A stretch of 63,510 bases of DNA, filler included, from Octopus bimaculoides (GCF_001194135.2; 7 parts of 6 records of this genome joined end to end with filler, not necessarily neighbours in it), one strand, 5' to 3'. Counted from the first letter of the whole stretch, positions 38,891 to 52,095 are shown. A program made the numbers and translations. Notes: generated by a model not told the origin, from the sequence alone.

Positions 38891-40675
38891 CATTACCATA
38901 TTGGATACTCTGCGACATCTTAAATAATAATGGCAATAATACTACGAAATGTACTGGTGTAAAAGTTCTTGCAATGGTTATGGCAATAACTACAACTGTA
39001 GTAATATCAATAATAATAATAATAATTTCTACTATAGATACAAGTCTTAGAATTTTGGAGGAATGGATCAATCAATTACATTGGAATATCGAAATAATTG
39101 TGTCTCACCCATACAAATATAGCCATTTTCGTATATAAGCACTCATCGTAATGATCGTTATCCCTACCGACATAGCCACTCACTCTACCATCATGGTAAT
39201 GACAATCGTCATCATATTATCATCGTCGTCTTCGTGGGCATAGAGTGAATGGGTTGACCTATTCAATAACGTTCGAAGGACAATTGATGTTAGATGTAAG
39301 ATTAATTTGTTACGAGTAAAATGTAAAGATTATTAAAAAGCTGCTGTAACTACAATGGTTGTTACAATCCTTATGTATTAGTATTTGATCTAAGCACATC
39401 CGTATTATCTACATCACCTTCAGGATTTTTCTTTATTCACAATGATAAATTCTGCTAATAGTGTTGGTTGTGATGATGCTAACGGGAACATTCCAGAACA
39501 GATGAATACGAGAAGGCATGATGGATGTACCTATTTGTTGGACTGCAATTCTGTCTAAGATATTGATATCATGTTCTGACCACGACTTACATCAAATTAA
39601 AGAAAAAAATATCTTTCCTAAATAAAGTGTCTTAAGAACTTGCTCGTTGTTGCCTAGTCAATGCGTATTGGGAATGATGGGATAGTCAAGCTTTAAATTA
39701 AAATACTAGCGTTCAGACATATCAGATACTAATTAGTTTTCTATAAAAGACCTTTGGTAGGTTTGACAGCCCCGCTTCGAAGATCATATTGGCCTTTTTA
39801 TTTATATATTATTGTATATTTTAGTATTATCAGCCATTTTCCANNNNNNNNNNNNNNNNNNNNNNNNNNNNNNNNNNNNNNNNNNNNNNNNNNNNNNNNN
39901 NNNNNNNNNNNNNNNNNNNNNNNNNNNNNNNNNNNNNNNNNNNNNNNNNNNNNNNNNNNNNNNNNNNNNNNNNNNNNNNNNNNNNNNNNNNNNNNNNNNN
40001 NNNNNNNNNNNNNNNNNNNNNNNNNNNNNNNNNNNNNNNNNNNNNNNNNNNNNNNNNNNNNNNNNNNNNNNNNNNNNNNNNNNNNNNNNNNNNNNNNNNN
40101 NNNNNNNNNNNNNNNNNNNNNNNNNNNNNNNNNNNNNNNNNNNNNNNNNNNNNNNNNNNNNNNNNNNNNNNNNNNNNNNNNNNNNNNNNNNNNNNNNNNN
40201 NNNNNNNNNNNNNNNNNNNNNNNNNNNNNNNNNNNNNNNNNNNNNNNNNNNNNNNNNNNNNNNNNNNNNNNNNNNNNNNNNNNNNNNNNNNNNNNNNNNN
40301 NNNNNNNNNNNNNNNNNNNNNNNNNNNNNNNNNNNNNNNNNNNNNNNNNNNNNNNNNNNNNNNNNNNNNNNNNNNNNNNNNNNNNNNNNNNNNNNNNNNN
40401 NNNNNNNNNNNNNNNNNNNNNNNNNNNNNNNNNNNNNNNNNNNNNNNNNNNNNNNNNNNNNNNNNNNNNNNNNNNNNNNNNNNNNNNNNNNNNNNNNNNN
40501 NNNNNNNNNNNNNNNNNNNNNNNNNNNNNNNNNNNNNNNNNNNNNNNNNNNNNNNNNNNNNNNNNNNNNNNNNNNNNNNNNNNNTGACAGAGACAAAGAG
40601 AGGACAGAGCAAACAAATAAATAGCTAGCTAAATGGATGGATGGATGGATGGGTGGATGGATGGGTGGAGTGATG

Positions 40676-40752
<77 letters not shown>

Positions 40753-42971
40753 GTAATCCTGATCCTTTTATCTTTTACATTGGTAGCGATACATATTTGT
40801 AAAAAATTATGTCATTATTTTTCGTAATTTCTAATTATTTGTGTTTGCTTCCCGATACGACTTTAAATTAACGTTCCAAAACTTTTAATATATATTTTTC
40901 TGAATGACGTTCTAGTCGTTGGTGTCTGCTATTGCAGTTTTTATTTAGTCAGATTCAGACGACTGATGTGCCAATGAATACATTCACGCAAGATTAACAG
41001 TTGTAAACTGAGAACATTTACTGTTACATTAACTATACAAATACCGCATTTTACGACTAGAAATCTTTCGTTTGATATTTCATAAGGATACAATGTGATA
41101 TGAATAGCAACCAAAGCTAGTTCTTTCAACATGTATCATATATATTAAATATAAAATGCATGCCAAAGCTAAACACAATGGCAAACCATTTCATTAACAA
41201 ACAAGCAGCATTTTCTGATTTTCGGGAAACGGTATCTGATGATAATGGCATTATTATCATTGCAACATCAAAGCCTTAATTCATGAGCAGCATATGAAGC
41301 AGAATAACATATGGAATCAATAAACACAGCCTTCAGAAAGCAAGGCGGTGTTTAATGTCTAGATACTCGGTAGAGATAGCAAATTCAGACAATTGTAAAA
41401 TATTAATACTGATATGTGTAAAATAATTAATAAAAAGAGTAGGACTTAAGATATTTAAAATGTCATACATCGATATTGATAATGATGCGTGTGAGAAAAT
41501 CAGATGGTTGCGTAGCGATGTTACCGAATGAGTGTTAAGGAATTCAAATGTATATATATANNNNNNNNNNNNNNNNNNNNNNNNNNNNNNNNNNNNNNNN
41601 NNNNNNNNNNNNNNNNNNNNNNNNNNNNNNNNNNNNNNNNNNNNNNNNNNNNNNNNNNNNNNNNNNNNNNNNNNNNNNNNNNNNNNNNNNNNNNNNNNNN
41701 NNNNNNNNNNNNNNNNNNNNNNNNNNNNNNNNNNNNNNNNNNNNNNNNNNNNNNNNNNNNNNNNNNNNNNNNNNNNNNNNNNNNNNNNNNNNNNNNNNNN
41801 NNNNNNNNNNNNNNNNNNNNNNNNNNNNNNNNNNNNNNNNNNNNNNNNNNNNNNNNNNNNNNNNNNNNNNNNNNNNNNNNNNNNNNNNNNNNNNNNNNNN
41901 NNNNNNNNNNNNNNNNNNNNNNNNNNNNNNNNNNNNNNNNNNNNNNNNNNNNNNNNNNNNNNNNNNNNNNNNNNNNNNNNNNNNNNNNNNNNNNNNNNNN
42001 NNNNNNNNNNNNNNNNNNNNNNNNNNNNNNNNNNNNNNNNNNNNNNNNNNNNNNNNNNNNNNNNNNNNNNNNNNNNNNNNNNNNNNNNNNNNNNNNNNNN
42101 NNNNNNNNNNNNNNNNNNNNNNNNNNNNNNNNNNNNNNATATATAAAGGAAGTCTAAGGAACGGAAAAAAATGTAGCGCTAGACGATCTTTAGTATATAT
42201 ACAAACTTGGTAATAGTTCAAGTATGCTTGAGGCATATTCGAACCCGTAATTAAGCCATTCACTGTATTTTGTCATGAGGAAAATTTTACGCTGTAGACA
42301 AATATCTATAAATACACCGAGTCAGCTCACAAACTGTTTCATGCATGGATTTCGGAGTGGTCATCTCCTCTTCAGCAGCATAGATCCATGTATGTATGTA
42401 TGTATGTATGTATGTATTTATGTATGTATGTATTATGTATATTTGTATGTATGCATGTATGTGTATATGTATGCATGTATGTATGCGTGTTTGTATGTAT
42501 AAACGCACACACACATATATATATATATAACTACGTGCTATATGTATGTGTGTGTATGTGTGTGTGAGTGATTGTGTGTGTGACTATGTCTGCGTTTGCC
42601 TGAAACCACAGATGACAACCGGTGTTGGTTTATTTACATGCGTGTAAGGTAGCGGTTCAACAGAACGTACCGATAAATTAGTACCAATAAAGTACTGGGA
42701 TTGATTCATTCGACTATAAATTTTTTTTAAATCTCAAAGACGGTGCCCCAGCTTGGCCAGAGTCTGATGACCAAAACAAGTAAAATATTAAAAACATATA
42801 CAGAAACACACACAGACACATATATATATATACATACATATATATNNNNNNNNNNNNNNNNNNNNNNNNNNNNNNNNNNNNNNNNNNNNTTAATTAATTA
42901 ANNNNNNNNNNNNNNNNNNNNNNNNNNNNNNNNNNNNNNNNNNNNATATATATATATATACATATATATAT

Positions 42972-43385
42972 GCGTAGGAGTGGCTGTGTGGTAAGTAGCT
43001 TGCTTACGAACCACATGGTCCCGGGTTCAGTCCACTGCGTGGTATCTTGGGTAAGTGTCTCCTACTATAGCCTCGGGCCGACCAAAGCCTTGTGAGTGGA
43101 TTTGGTAGACGGAAACTGAAAGAAGCCCGTCGTATATATGTATGTGTGTATGTGTTTGTGTGTCTATGTTTGTCTCCCTACCATCGCTTGACAACCGATG
43201 CTGGTGTGTTTATGTCCCCGTAACTTAACGGTTCGGCAAAAGTGACCGATAGAATAAGTACTAGGCTTCTAAAGAATAAGTCATGGGGTCGATTTGCTTG
43301 ACTAAAGGCGGTGCTCCAGCCTGGCCACAGTCAAAAGACTGAAACAAGTAAAAGAGTAAACGAGTAAAGAGTAAAGAGTAAAGAG
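42972..43385 (+). mobile_element. SINE family C (tRNA head, CORE-like segment, internal TA/TG microsatellite, CR1-like tail)
   Basis: GCGTAGGAGTGGCTGTGTGG...GGGTTCAGTCC...CTTGGGTAAGTGTC...CAGTCAAAAGACTGAAACAAG(TAAAGAG)n. Confidence 0.92.
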
Positions 43386-44094
43386 TATATATACATACAC
43401 ATGTATATATATATTTATATTTATACGTATGCATATATGTGTGTGTGTGTATGTATGTATATTTATAGCCATATTTCTATGTAAGTATGCGTATATTTCG
43501 CTGTATGTGCCTGCGCCTGGGTGAGTGTATGTTTGTGCGCAAGCTGTGTAAAACATATCCAAAGTATAGAAGATATCCCAATCAGCGTGGGGCGTGTTTG
43601 GGGAGGCTACAGACTACTAAATATATAGATAAACAAACAAATAAATAAACAACGTCATCTTAATGGCTTGGTCGCGTGGGGTGCGGGAACAGAAAGCACG
43701 CCATTACAAGAACTTCGGTAAATAATACACTGACATTAAGAAAAGAAAATAAATAACCAAACTGAAAATTTAACTGTTAAAAGGGAGTTTCTAACCAGTC
43801 ACGTATATAATCCAATGAAAAAATACGCAATTATAGCTACGCGTGCGCACAAAAACAAACACGTGATGCTAATATGTGAATATACATGTGTGAATGTATG
43901 TTTGAAATCAGAACGTTGTTTTTCGTTTTATGATTTAAAAGAGTTTCTCAACCATTTTTTTTTTCTTTTTACTTTTGCTTGTCTATGAAACCCTTTGATT
44001 TCTATTTTATTCGGGTGGACCCTTCAAGCCATTCGATCTCTTATCTTTTAACGTTTGTTTCTGATCATTTGAATGCGGCCATGCTGATGCCACT

Positions 44095-44260
44095 GCTTTG
44101 AGTTTCTAGTCAAATGAATCGAACCCAGTACTTACTTTTTCCAAAAGCCTCATACTTATTCTATCGGTCTCTTTTGCCGAACCGCTAAGTTACGAATACG
44201 CAAAATACCAACACCGATTGTCAAGTGGTGGTGGGGGGGGTATACAGACACAAAGACACA
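44095..44260 (-). mobile_element. SINE family C, 3' half
   Basis: TTATTCTATCGGTCTCTTTTGCCGAACCGCTAAGTTACG...TTGTCAAGTGG. Confidence 0.85.
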
Positions 44261-44297
44261 CATATATGAATATATATATATATATATATATACATAT

Positions 44298-44600
44298 AGG
44301 TGTAGGAGTGGCTGTGTAGTAAGTAGCTTGCTTACAGACCACATGGTTTGTATGTATGTATGTATGTATGTGTGTGTATAAGTTTGTGTATCTGTGTTTG
44401 TCCACCCAAAATCGCTTGACAACCAATGCTGGTGTGTTTACGTCCTCGTATACTAGCGGTTCGGCAAAAGGGACGATAAAATAAGTACTAGGCTTACAAA
44501 GAATAAGTCCTCGGGTTGATTTACTCGACTAAAGGCGCTGCTCCAGCATGGCCAGTCAAATGACTGAAACAAGTAAAAGAGTAAAAAAGAGTAAAAGAGA
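44298..44600 (+). mobile_element. SINE family C with internal deletion
   Basis: The head GGTGTAGGAGTGGCTGTG...CCACATGGT joins directly to the microsatellite; the tail CCAGTCAAATGACTGAAACAAG is present. Confidence 0.85.
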
Positions 44601-44680
44601 GTAAATATATGCGCATGCACATACACACACACACATATATATATATACACACACACATACGACGGGCTACTTTCAGTTTC

Positions 44681-44912
44681 TTTTTTCTTTACTGCCCACA
44701 AGGGGTTAAACATAGAAGGGACATACAAGGACAGACAAAGGGATTAAGTCGATTACATCGACCCCAGTGCGAAACTGGTACTTAATTTATCGACCTCGAA
44801 AGGATGAAAGGCAAAGTCGACATCGGCAGAATTTGAACTCAGAACGTAACGGCAGACGAAATACTGCTAAGCATTTCGCCCGGCGTGCTAACGTTTCTGC
44901 CAGCTCACCACA
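44681..44912 (-). mobile_element. SINE family B (alternative-tail variant) nested in a family C copy
   Basis: B body 44740-44912 with tail ...CCCCTTGTGGGCAGTAAAGAAAA. Host C sequence GGCT(A/T)CTTTCAGTTTC is present on both sides. Confidence 0.8.
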
Positions 44913-44929
44913 TTAGTTCAGTTTCTTAG

Positions 44930-45085
44930 TTCAGGCTTCTTTCAGTTTCTGTCTACCAAATCCACTCACAAGGCTTTAATCGGACCGAGGTTATAGTAGA
45001 ATACACTTGCCTAAGGTGCCGCTTAGTGGAATTGAACCCGGAACTACATGGTTGGAAAGCACGCCTCTTTCCACACAGCCACATG
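44930..45085 (-). mobile_element. SINE family C, 5' half
   Basis: GGCTTCTTTCAGTTTCTGTCTACCAAATCCACTCACAAGG...TGAACCCGGAACTACATGGTTGG...CCACACAGCCAC. Confidence 0.85.
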
Positions 45086-45415
45086 TTTAAAAGATTATAT
45101 TTTATATAATTAAATGTTATCAAGAACTGTATGAAAAATTGCTAAAATATTTTATGCATAGTAGAAGTCTAATTTATTGCTGATAAATTTTAACACCAAA
45201 ATCTTGTATGGACCCCCAAAGGTCATATGAAGCTAGGTTGAGTACCACTGGCTTATAATAGTGTGCGTATTTATACACAAAAGAGGTGACCTTTAACGGG
45301 ACACCTTACATGCTAGAGAGAGCAGTTAAAGCCCAAACCACGAATAAGTGTAACTTCAAAGAGAATGAAAAATAAGAATATTTCTATAGTTACCCCAAGA
45401 TTCTGCATTAATATA

Positions 45416-45830
45416 GGCGTAGGAGTGGCTGTGTGGTAAGTAGCTTGCTTACCAACCACATGCTTCCGGGTTCAGTCCCACTGCGTGGCACCTTGGGCAG
45501 ATGTCTTCTACTATTGCCTCGGGCCGACCAATATCTTGTGAGTGGATTTGGTAGACGGAAACTGAAAGAAGCCCGTCGAATATATGTATATATGTATGTG
45601 TGTGTGTGTATGTTTGTGTGTCTGTGTTTGTCCCCCCGCCATCGCTTGACAACCGATGCTGGTGTGTTTACGTCCCCGTAACTTAGCGGTTCGGCACAAG
45701 AGACCGATAGAATAAGTACTAGGCTTACAAAGAATAAGTCCTGGGGTCGATTTGCTCGACTAAAGGCGGTGCTCTAGCATGGCCGCAGTCAAATGACTGA
45801 AGCAAGTAAAAACGAGTGAAAAGAGTAAAC
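45416..45830 (+). mobile_element. SINE family C, best-preserved full-length copy
   Basis: tRNA-like head, CORE-like GCACCTTGGGCAGATGTCTTCTAC, internal (TA)/(TG) tract, and tail GCGGTGCTCTAGCATGGCCGCAGTCAAATGACTGAAGC. Confidence 0.92.
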
Positions 45831-46224
45831 ATGCGAATAGATTAATTTGCCATCTGTGCTTCTTCAGTAACCACGCTAAGATTAATGCATTTTTATGCAG
45901 CGCGAATACACGCGCTACATACTTATACATTCTGATTTTTCAAATCCACCGCGCAAGCGCAGTTACATTCGGCAGCAAATAATAATAAAAAAATTAAAAC
46001 TGTGTACCAAAGGAGAAATATTGATGAATAACAGTTGACTTATCAATTATTATTTATGAATTCAATATAAATAGACTGCATCCTATCTAACAGCTGTTTC
46101 TGCTTCCATGGTATTGCCATTGATATGTATGCCTACGGTTAAACATAGGTAGTACAATGAATACTTTTATCCTTTAGAGGGTTATTTTAACTTCTCAGCT
46201 AATCTATAATATATATATATATAC

Positions 46225-46277
<53 letters not shown>

Positions 46278-46539
46278 CGTTGCTAACAATTTTCTCCTAC
46301 TGATGGCTGTATGTGTAACACATGAAACGTTTGCATCATTCCGATATCTAGATATCTAGATCCTATTTCCAGTGTATTTATCAACCTCCGTAAAGATTTA
46401 TTTTAATTAGCTCTTACTCACGATATTGAACATTATTGTGACCTTTAAGTTCATTTCATCAGTAAAATATAGCAAACACGTACGTGTATGTGTTTGTGTG
46501 TGCGTGTATGTGTGTGTGTGTGTGTGTGTATCATTTGTC

Positions 46540-46812
46540 ATTTACATGTTTAGACTGCGGCAGTGATGGAGCCACAATTTTCGAGGGCTTTAGTCGAAGA
46601 AATTCATCCCACCATTTACTGTTGAGTTTAGTTTTATCGATTACTTAACATAACTGCTAAGTTAGTTACGGAGAAGTAAACGAACCAATACCGTTTTTCA
46701 AGCATTGAGGCGGGGATAAACGGACCCAAAGAGATATACACATGTACGTGCGCGCTCACACTACACACACACACACACATATACAGCAGGCTTCCATACA
46801 GTTTCCCTCTAC
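46540..46812 (-). mobile_element. SINE family C, diverged
   Basis: GTTTAGACTGCGGCAGTGATGGAGCC...ACTGCTAAGTTAGTTACGGAG...GGCTTCCATACAGTTTCC. Confidence 0.65.
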
Positions 46813-46865
46813 GTAATGCTTTCACTTACAAGGAATTGATCGGACCAGGGCCATTGTCTAAGACT

Positions 46866-46929
<64 letters not shown>

Positions 46930-47499
46930 GTGTGTGTGTGTGTGTTGTGCGCAGCAAGTATAGGTGTATAGCTTTCGCCTCTAATTAATTGATGCAGAAA
47001 GCGAAAAGCCAGCGGGCTTCGAACGAATTCTCAAGTGATAATTTGGTTCAGCGTTAAGTTCGAAACTATTTTTCTTTCAACTATCTCTAGTTCTCAGTAA
47101 TACAATGGAAGAAATGAATCCATCAATGAAACCTGTAACCAACGGCGCTATTGTCCACAAATTGCTACATGAAAATAAATAAATAAATAAATATAGAAAT
47201 ACAATAAATAAATAAATAGATAGATAAATAAATAAATAAATAAATGAGAAAGATTTCAGTCGAAAGGCAAGCAGCTTTTTAAACAATTAGTGTTGTTTAA
47301 CTCGTAGGTGGGTGGCAAACACATAAGGTCTTGATAACCTCCATAGCGTTTGTCTGTTGGCACCGTAATTTTTACCATCGTAACTGTCATTGCCATTGCA
47401 CAGGCATCGCAGCCGTCACCGCCATCGACACATCACAACAGACAACACCCCCACCACTACGTCGCCTAGAATTCCCACAACATCATCGCCACTACCTCT

Positions 47500-47525
47500 T
47501 TTATCATCATCAGCATCATCATCAC

Positions 47526-47562
<37 letters not shown>

Positions 47563-47577
47563 TTCATCGTCATCATC

Positions 47578-47609
<32 letters not shown>

Positions 47610-47640
47610 CATCGTCATCATCATCATCGTCATCGTCATC

Positions 47641-47671
<31 letters not shown>

Positions 47672-47703
47672 CCATCATCATCACCATCATCACCATCATC
47701 ATC

Positions 47704-47771
<68 letters not shown>

Positions 47772-47822
47772 CATCGTCGTCGTCGTCATCATCATTATCA
47801 TCATCATCATCAACAGCAGCAT
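47500..47822. repeat. Imperfect (CAT)n microsatellite
   Basis: Direct reading; source of the poly-H/poly-S/poly-M ORFs. Confidence 0.95.
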
Positions 47823-48217
47823 CAAGATCACTGGAAGACCGTCGCCATCATCTCCTTCATCATAAGCTCCTCATCATTATTTTCATTATTCTCAACAGGC
47901 TACCATTCTAATCATGACCACCACCACTGTAGCTATCTCTGTTTACTAGAGTGCCAGCCTCTGTGTGTGTGTGTGGTCAATTGCTTTGCTAGAAATATTA
48001 ACCAAATATTCTTCAACTCATGCTACTGATTTTAGAAGGATACTTGATAGTGTAATCCGGAGTACACTGTCGCCGAGAAATGGTTAAGGCGGTTAAGGCG
48101 CCTATGATCCTAAGCTGGTAGACGGATCGAATCGTACCAGCGACTAAATAAACAAACACAACAATATTACAAGAGCAATACCGACCTTATTAACCCTACA
48201 CACTCTTATCAGCATCA

Positions 48218-48351
48218 TTGGCATCATCATCATCAGCATCATCATCATCATCATCATCATCATCACCAGCTCGTGCACAAATAATCCCGACTATTGCCAT
48301 CACCACCACCACCACCACCACCACCACCAACACCACTACTACTACTACTAC

Positions 48352-48382
<31 letters not shown>

Positions 48383-48512
48383 AATTCTACTAATACTACC
48401 ACTACCACCACCACTGCTACTACTACTACTACTACCACCACCACCACCACTGCTGCTACTACTACTACTACTACTACTTACTACTACTACCACCACCACC
48501 ACCACAATTACT
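48218..48512. repeat. Compound trinucleotide array (CAT/CAC/TAC/AAT)n ending in a gap
   Basis: Direct reading. Confidence 0.9.
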
Positions 48513-49006
48513 NNNNNNNNNNNNNNNNNNNNNNNNNNNNNNNNNNNNNNNNNNNNNNNNNNNNNNNNNNNNNNNNNNNNNNNNNNNNNNNNNNNNNNNN
48601 NNNNNNNNNNNNCACGGAAACACACATACAGACACACATAAACACACACACGCCCGTACCTAGCACTCACACACACGCACATCCACCCACATACGCACAC
48701 ACACATGGGTATAAACAACACACACACATACAATAGCAAACGCACGCACACACACGTACACAGCAACGCACATACACACAACATACACATACATACAAAC
48801 ACACACGCACGCACAAAAAACATACACATACATATACACACACGCGCACATACAAAATACACACACACGTATACGTACCCAACAACTACAACCCCACACA
48901 AACACGAACACGCACATACTCAAATAACCACCTGTTGACCTTCTACCTACACTGTCTATAAGCGTCCACTAACCAGTCCTGCTACTAATTTCTTCCACTA
49001 CGTCAT

Positions 49007-49037
<31 letters not shown>

Positions 49038-49222
49038 CGCTAACAGATAAACCACCAAACCATGCACACACACACACACACACACATACATACTTATGTG
49101 TGTGTGTGTACTCGCATATGTANNNNNNNNNNNNNNNNNNNNNNNNNNNNNNNNNNNNNNNNNNNNTTAATTAATTAANNNNNNNNNNNNNNNNNNNNNN
49201 NNNNNNNNNNNNNNNNNNNNNN

Positions 49223-49303
49223 GAAAAGCTCTACTTTGTAATTTGTCCATTTTCTGTATTTAGCCCTGTGTGGCTATAATAAAAAGATATCTGTATTTCT
49301 ATC

Positions 49304-49334
<31 letters not shown>

Positions 49335-49341
49335 CTGTATT

Positions 49342-49398
<57 letters not shown>
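49223..49398 (+). mobile_element. Retroposon 3' end with (TATC)n tail, second copy
   Basis: GAAAAGCTCTACTTTGTAATTTGTCC...GCCCTGTGTGGCTATAATAAAAAG then (ATCT)n; homologous to 4601-4670 on the minus strand. Confidence 0.65.
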
Positions 49399-49719
49399 GC
49401 TGAAGTGTCACGCCGATGCACATATAAGATTAAATTCAATAACGAATTTCATTTTACATATGCATCGCCGTAGCACGTCAGCAAATAGTTCTTATTCTAT
49501 TTAAATATAGTCATAGACTGGTGAGATGATTTGTCACCGATTCGATTCAGGTACGTGATGTTGATAAGCCACAAAAATAGCGATATATCGGTATCCATCA
49601 ATCCTGAAGGCGGGTTATCTCGCCTGTCTATAGCTTTCAGGTGTTCTAGCATCCAGTGTTACGAGGGTGTCGTCCTCAACCGTTATATTGCAGCGAATCC
49701 GACGAACAAACAAAACACA

Positions 49720-50211
49720 TACCGTAAATCCTCGAGTATAATCCGCATTTTTTCCCCAAAATTTAAAGGTCAAATCCCTAGTGCGTACTATATACGATGT
49801 TGAAAATGAAAAATATTCTCTAAGCCATGTCCGAGTCTCTATTTGCTTGTCCGGCAATGTATATTCAGGCGCATTTTGTGATGTCAGGCTTGTAACTGAT
49901 AGCGATAAATATGTAAAGGCAATTTACTTAATATTTATTTTTCACTGACGTTATTACTGTTATTTCTTTATTTTCTGCAAACAAAGTGCACAAAAAAGCT
50001 ACATGTTTGCATTATGTTGTATATACAATAATAATAAAGGACGTTACCGTATATACGTTAACAAACCAAGGACGTTATATAGATCTCCTTGACTCAAGTT
50101 AGAGAAGGGGTGCGTATTATACACAAGGTTTAGGTTTTTCAGAGGTACAGCCCCCCAAAAATCCCCTGCGTATTATACTCAAGGGCGGACTATACTCGAG
50201 GATTTACGGTA
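49720..50211. mobile_element. Tc2/pogo-like MITE (488 bp) with TA target-site duplication
   Basis: TA-CCGTAAATCCTCGAGTATAATCCGC ... GCGGACTATACTCGAGGATTTACGG-TA, with repeated subterminal GCGTATTATAC motifs. Confidence 0.88.
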
Positions 50212-50495
50212 CATTGAATATATGAGAGCGATAATATTTATAACATTAGCGGTGCTTTTAATTCGTTATTAAATATATACATTTATATAATTAGCAGCAA
50301 CAGAAGCAGTATTAATACCAAAAATTAATATTATTTTTCGCTTAGAGCAGACGTAGTGTTTAGATTCTAGATTAAGTAGAGTGTTAGACTCTTTACTCAC
50401 TCTCGAAAACAGCTGCAGTTCTTCGTCATGAACTCATGAACTGCCTTGGCAGTTTAGTTACAAAGCCTTCTTAATCAACAATTTATGAGAGCTAC

Positions 50496-50890
50496 GGTGG
50501 AGGCGCAATGGCCCAATGGTTAGGGCAGCGGACTCGCGGTCATAGGATCGCGGTTTCGATTCCCAGACCGGGCGTTGCGAGTGTTTATTGAGCGAAAGCA
50601 CCTAAAGCTCCACGAGGCTCCGACAGGGGATGGTGGTGAACCCTGCTGTACTCTTCCACCACAACTTTCTCTTACTTCCTGTTTCTGTTGTGCCTGTAAT
50701 TCAAAGGGACAGCCTTGTCACACTGCGTCACGCTGAATATCCCCGAGAGCTACGTTAAGGGTACACGTGTCTGTGGAGTGCTCAGCCACTTGTATGTTAA
50801 TTTCACGAGCAGGCTGTTCCGTTGATCGGATCAAATGGAACCCTCGACGTCGTAAGCGACGGAGTGTCAACAACAACAACAACAAACAAC
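50496..50890 (+). mobile_element. SINE family A, full length with 11-bp TSD
   Basis: ATGAGAGCTAC at 50485-50495 and 50891-50901 flanks a tRNA-headed, (AAC)n-tailed copy. Confidence 0.93.
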
Positions 50891-51139
50891 ATGAGAGCTA
50901 CAGGATTGTTCTTTCCCGTGTGCAAACTTTATTGCCGCATTTTTAATTCGTGACTGACATGGAAAATATTTGTGCGGTGAAATTAAATTCTGTTAAAAGT
51001 TCACGGGTATAGTATTGTGCATTCATTATACACAGCCTGAACTCAACTACCAGCAACTAATATCCTTCATTCTATGTCTATCTTGGCAACAGTTAACTAC
51101 ACTTATCGCCTCTCTCGCTCTCTCATACACACACACGTA

Positions 51140-51485
51140 CACAAGAAAATCCCCTTCTTCGGTCACGAATGACTATAGGATTGCACCTAGAAAGTCCCCG
51201 CCCTCGAGGTACAAGTCCGAGCAAAGCTGTATGTGGAAGAGCAGCAGTAACCCATGCATACCAGTCTCCCCTCTCCACGCCACTGATGTCCACGGGAAAG
51301 GTAACAGCCGATACAGCTTGGCACCAGTGACGTCGCAACTCATTACTACAGCTGAGTGAACAGGAGCAATTTTAATATAAAGCTCTTGCTCTAAAACACA
51401 ACCCACAGCCCACTCTGGGAATCGAACTAGCATTCTCATAATTGCAGGTCTGAGGTTCTAACCACTGAGCTGTGTATCTTCACCC
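51140..51485 (-). mobile_element. SINE family D (tRNA head and CORE-like domain)
   Basis: Minus strand: GTGAAG...GCTCAGTGGTTAGA...GTTCGATTCCC...AGCAAGAGCTTT...TGCTCCTGTTCACTCAGCTGTAGTAATGAGT. Confidence 0.75.
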
Positions 51486-52095
51486 CCGCCCCACATGACA
51501 GGCTTCTTTTAGTCTACGTCTACCAAATCCACTCACATTGCTTTGATCGGTCTAGTGCAAGAATTTTACTCATTGTACTGCGCAGTGGGATTGAACCAGT
51601 TGCGTACTGGGGTTGATCTGATCGACTGATCCCCTCCCCACAAATTTCGGGCCTTGTGCCAAGAGTAGAAAAGTTATTTCAGATGGACTTGCCAGTAGCC
51701 TATAGTTACATGATGTTTATAATTAACAAAGCGGATCAAGAAAGAATAAGTAAAAAATTGAATTTCTGGACGAGTAATGAGAAGGGGGATATACGGAAAA
51801 GATGGCGGTATGCAAGCGCCTGCTTTTTTCTTCAAATGTCATTGGAGCAAAGAAGGATGATAACACCGAAGAAATCGTTGCTAGATCTTTCTAAGAAAAA
51901 TGAGATTCCGTGTGCTTTGGTTGTAATAGACGCCGATAGCAATGACGACCTTTTGACTACAAATGATGAAAGGAATCTATTTAAAAGCTCTCCCGACAAC
52001 AGTGTTTTTGAAGGTTTTCACTAGTATCAACTAATTTTATCTCACGTTTTGAATAGATTACAGTGTAGCTCGAAATATTTCCTTTTTTTCAACAG

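Noticed and set aside
39754-42263. 200-280 aa ORFs containing X runs (also at 4.6, 55.6 and 60.6 kb)
   Set aside because: They are open only because they cross N gaps.
46300-46331. Hammerhead-like CTGATGG...GAAACGT (also CTGACGA at ~7013 and CTGATGA at ~5748 and ~57865)
   Set aside because: The core is incomplete or stem I cannot form, and no adjacent PLE evidence was seen.
47331-48029. Long poly-His/Ser/Met ORFs, and similar poly-T/L/I/YI/CV ORFs throughout
   Set aside because: These are translations of microsatellites that lack stop codons; there are no splice signals or complex sequence.
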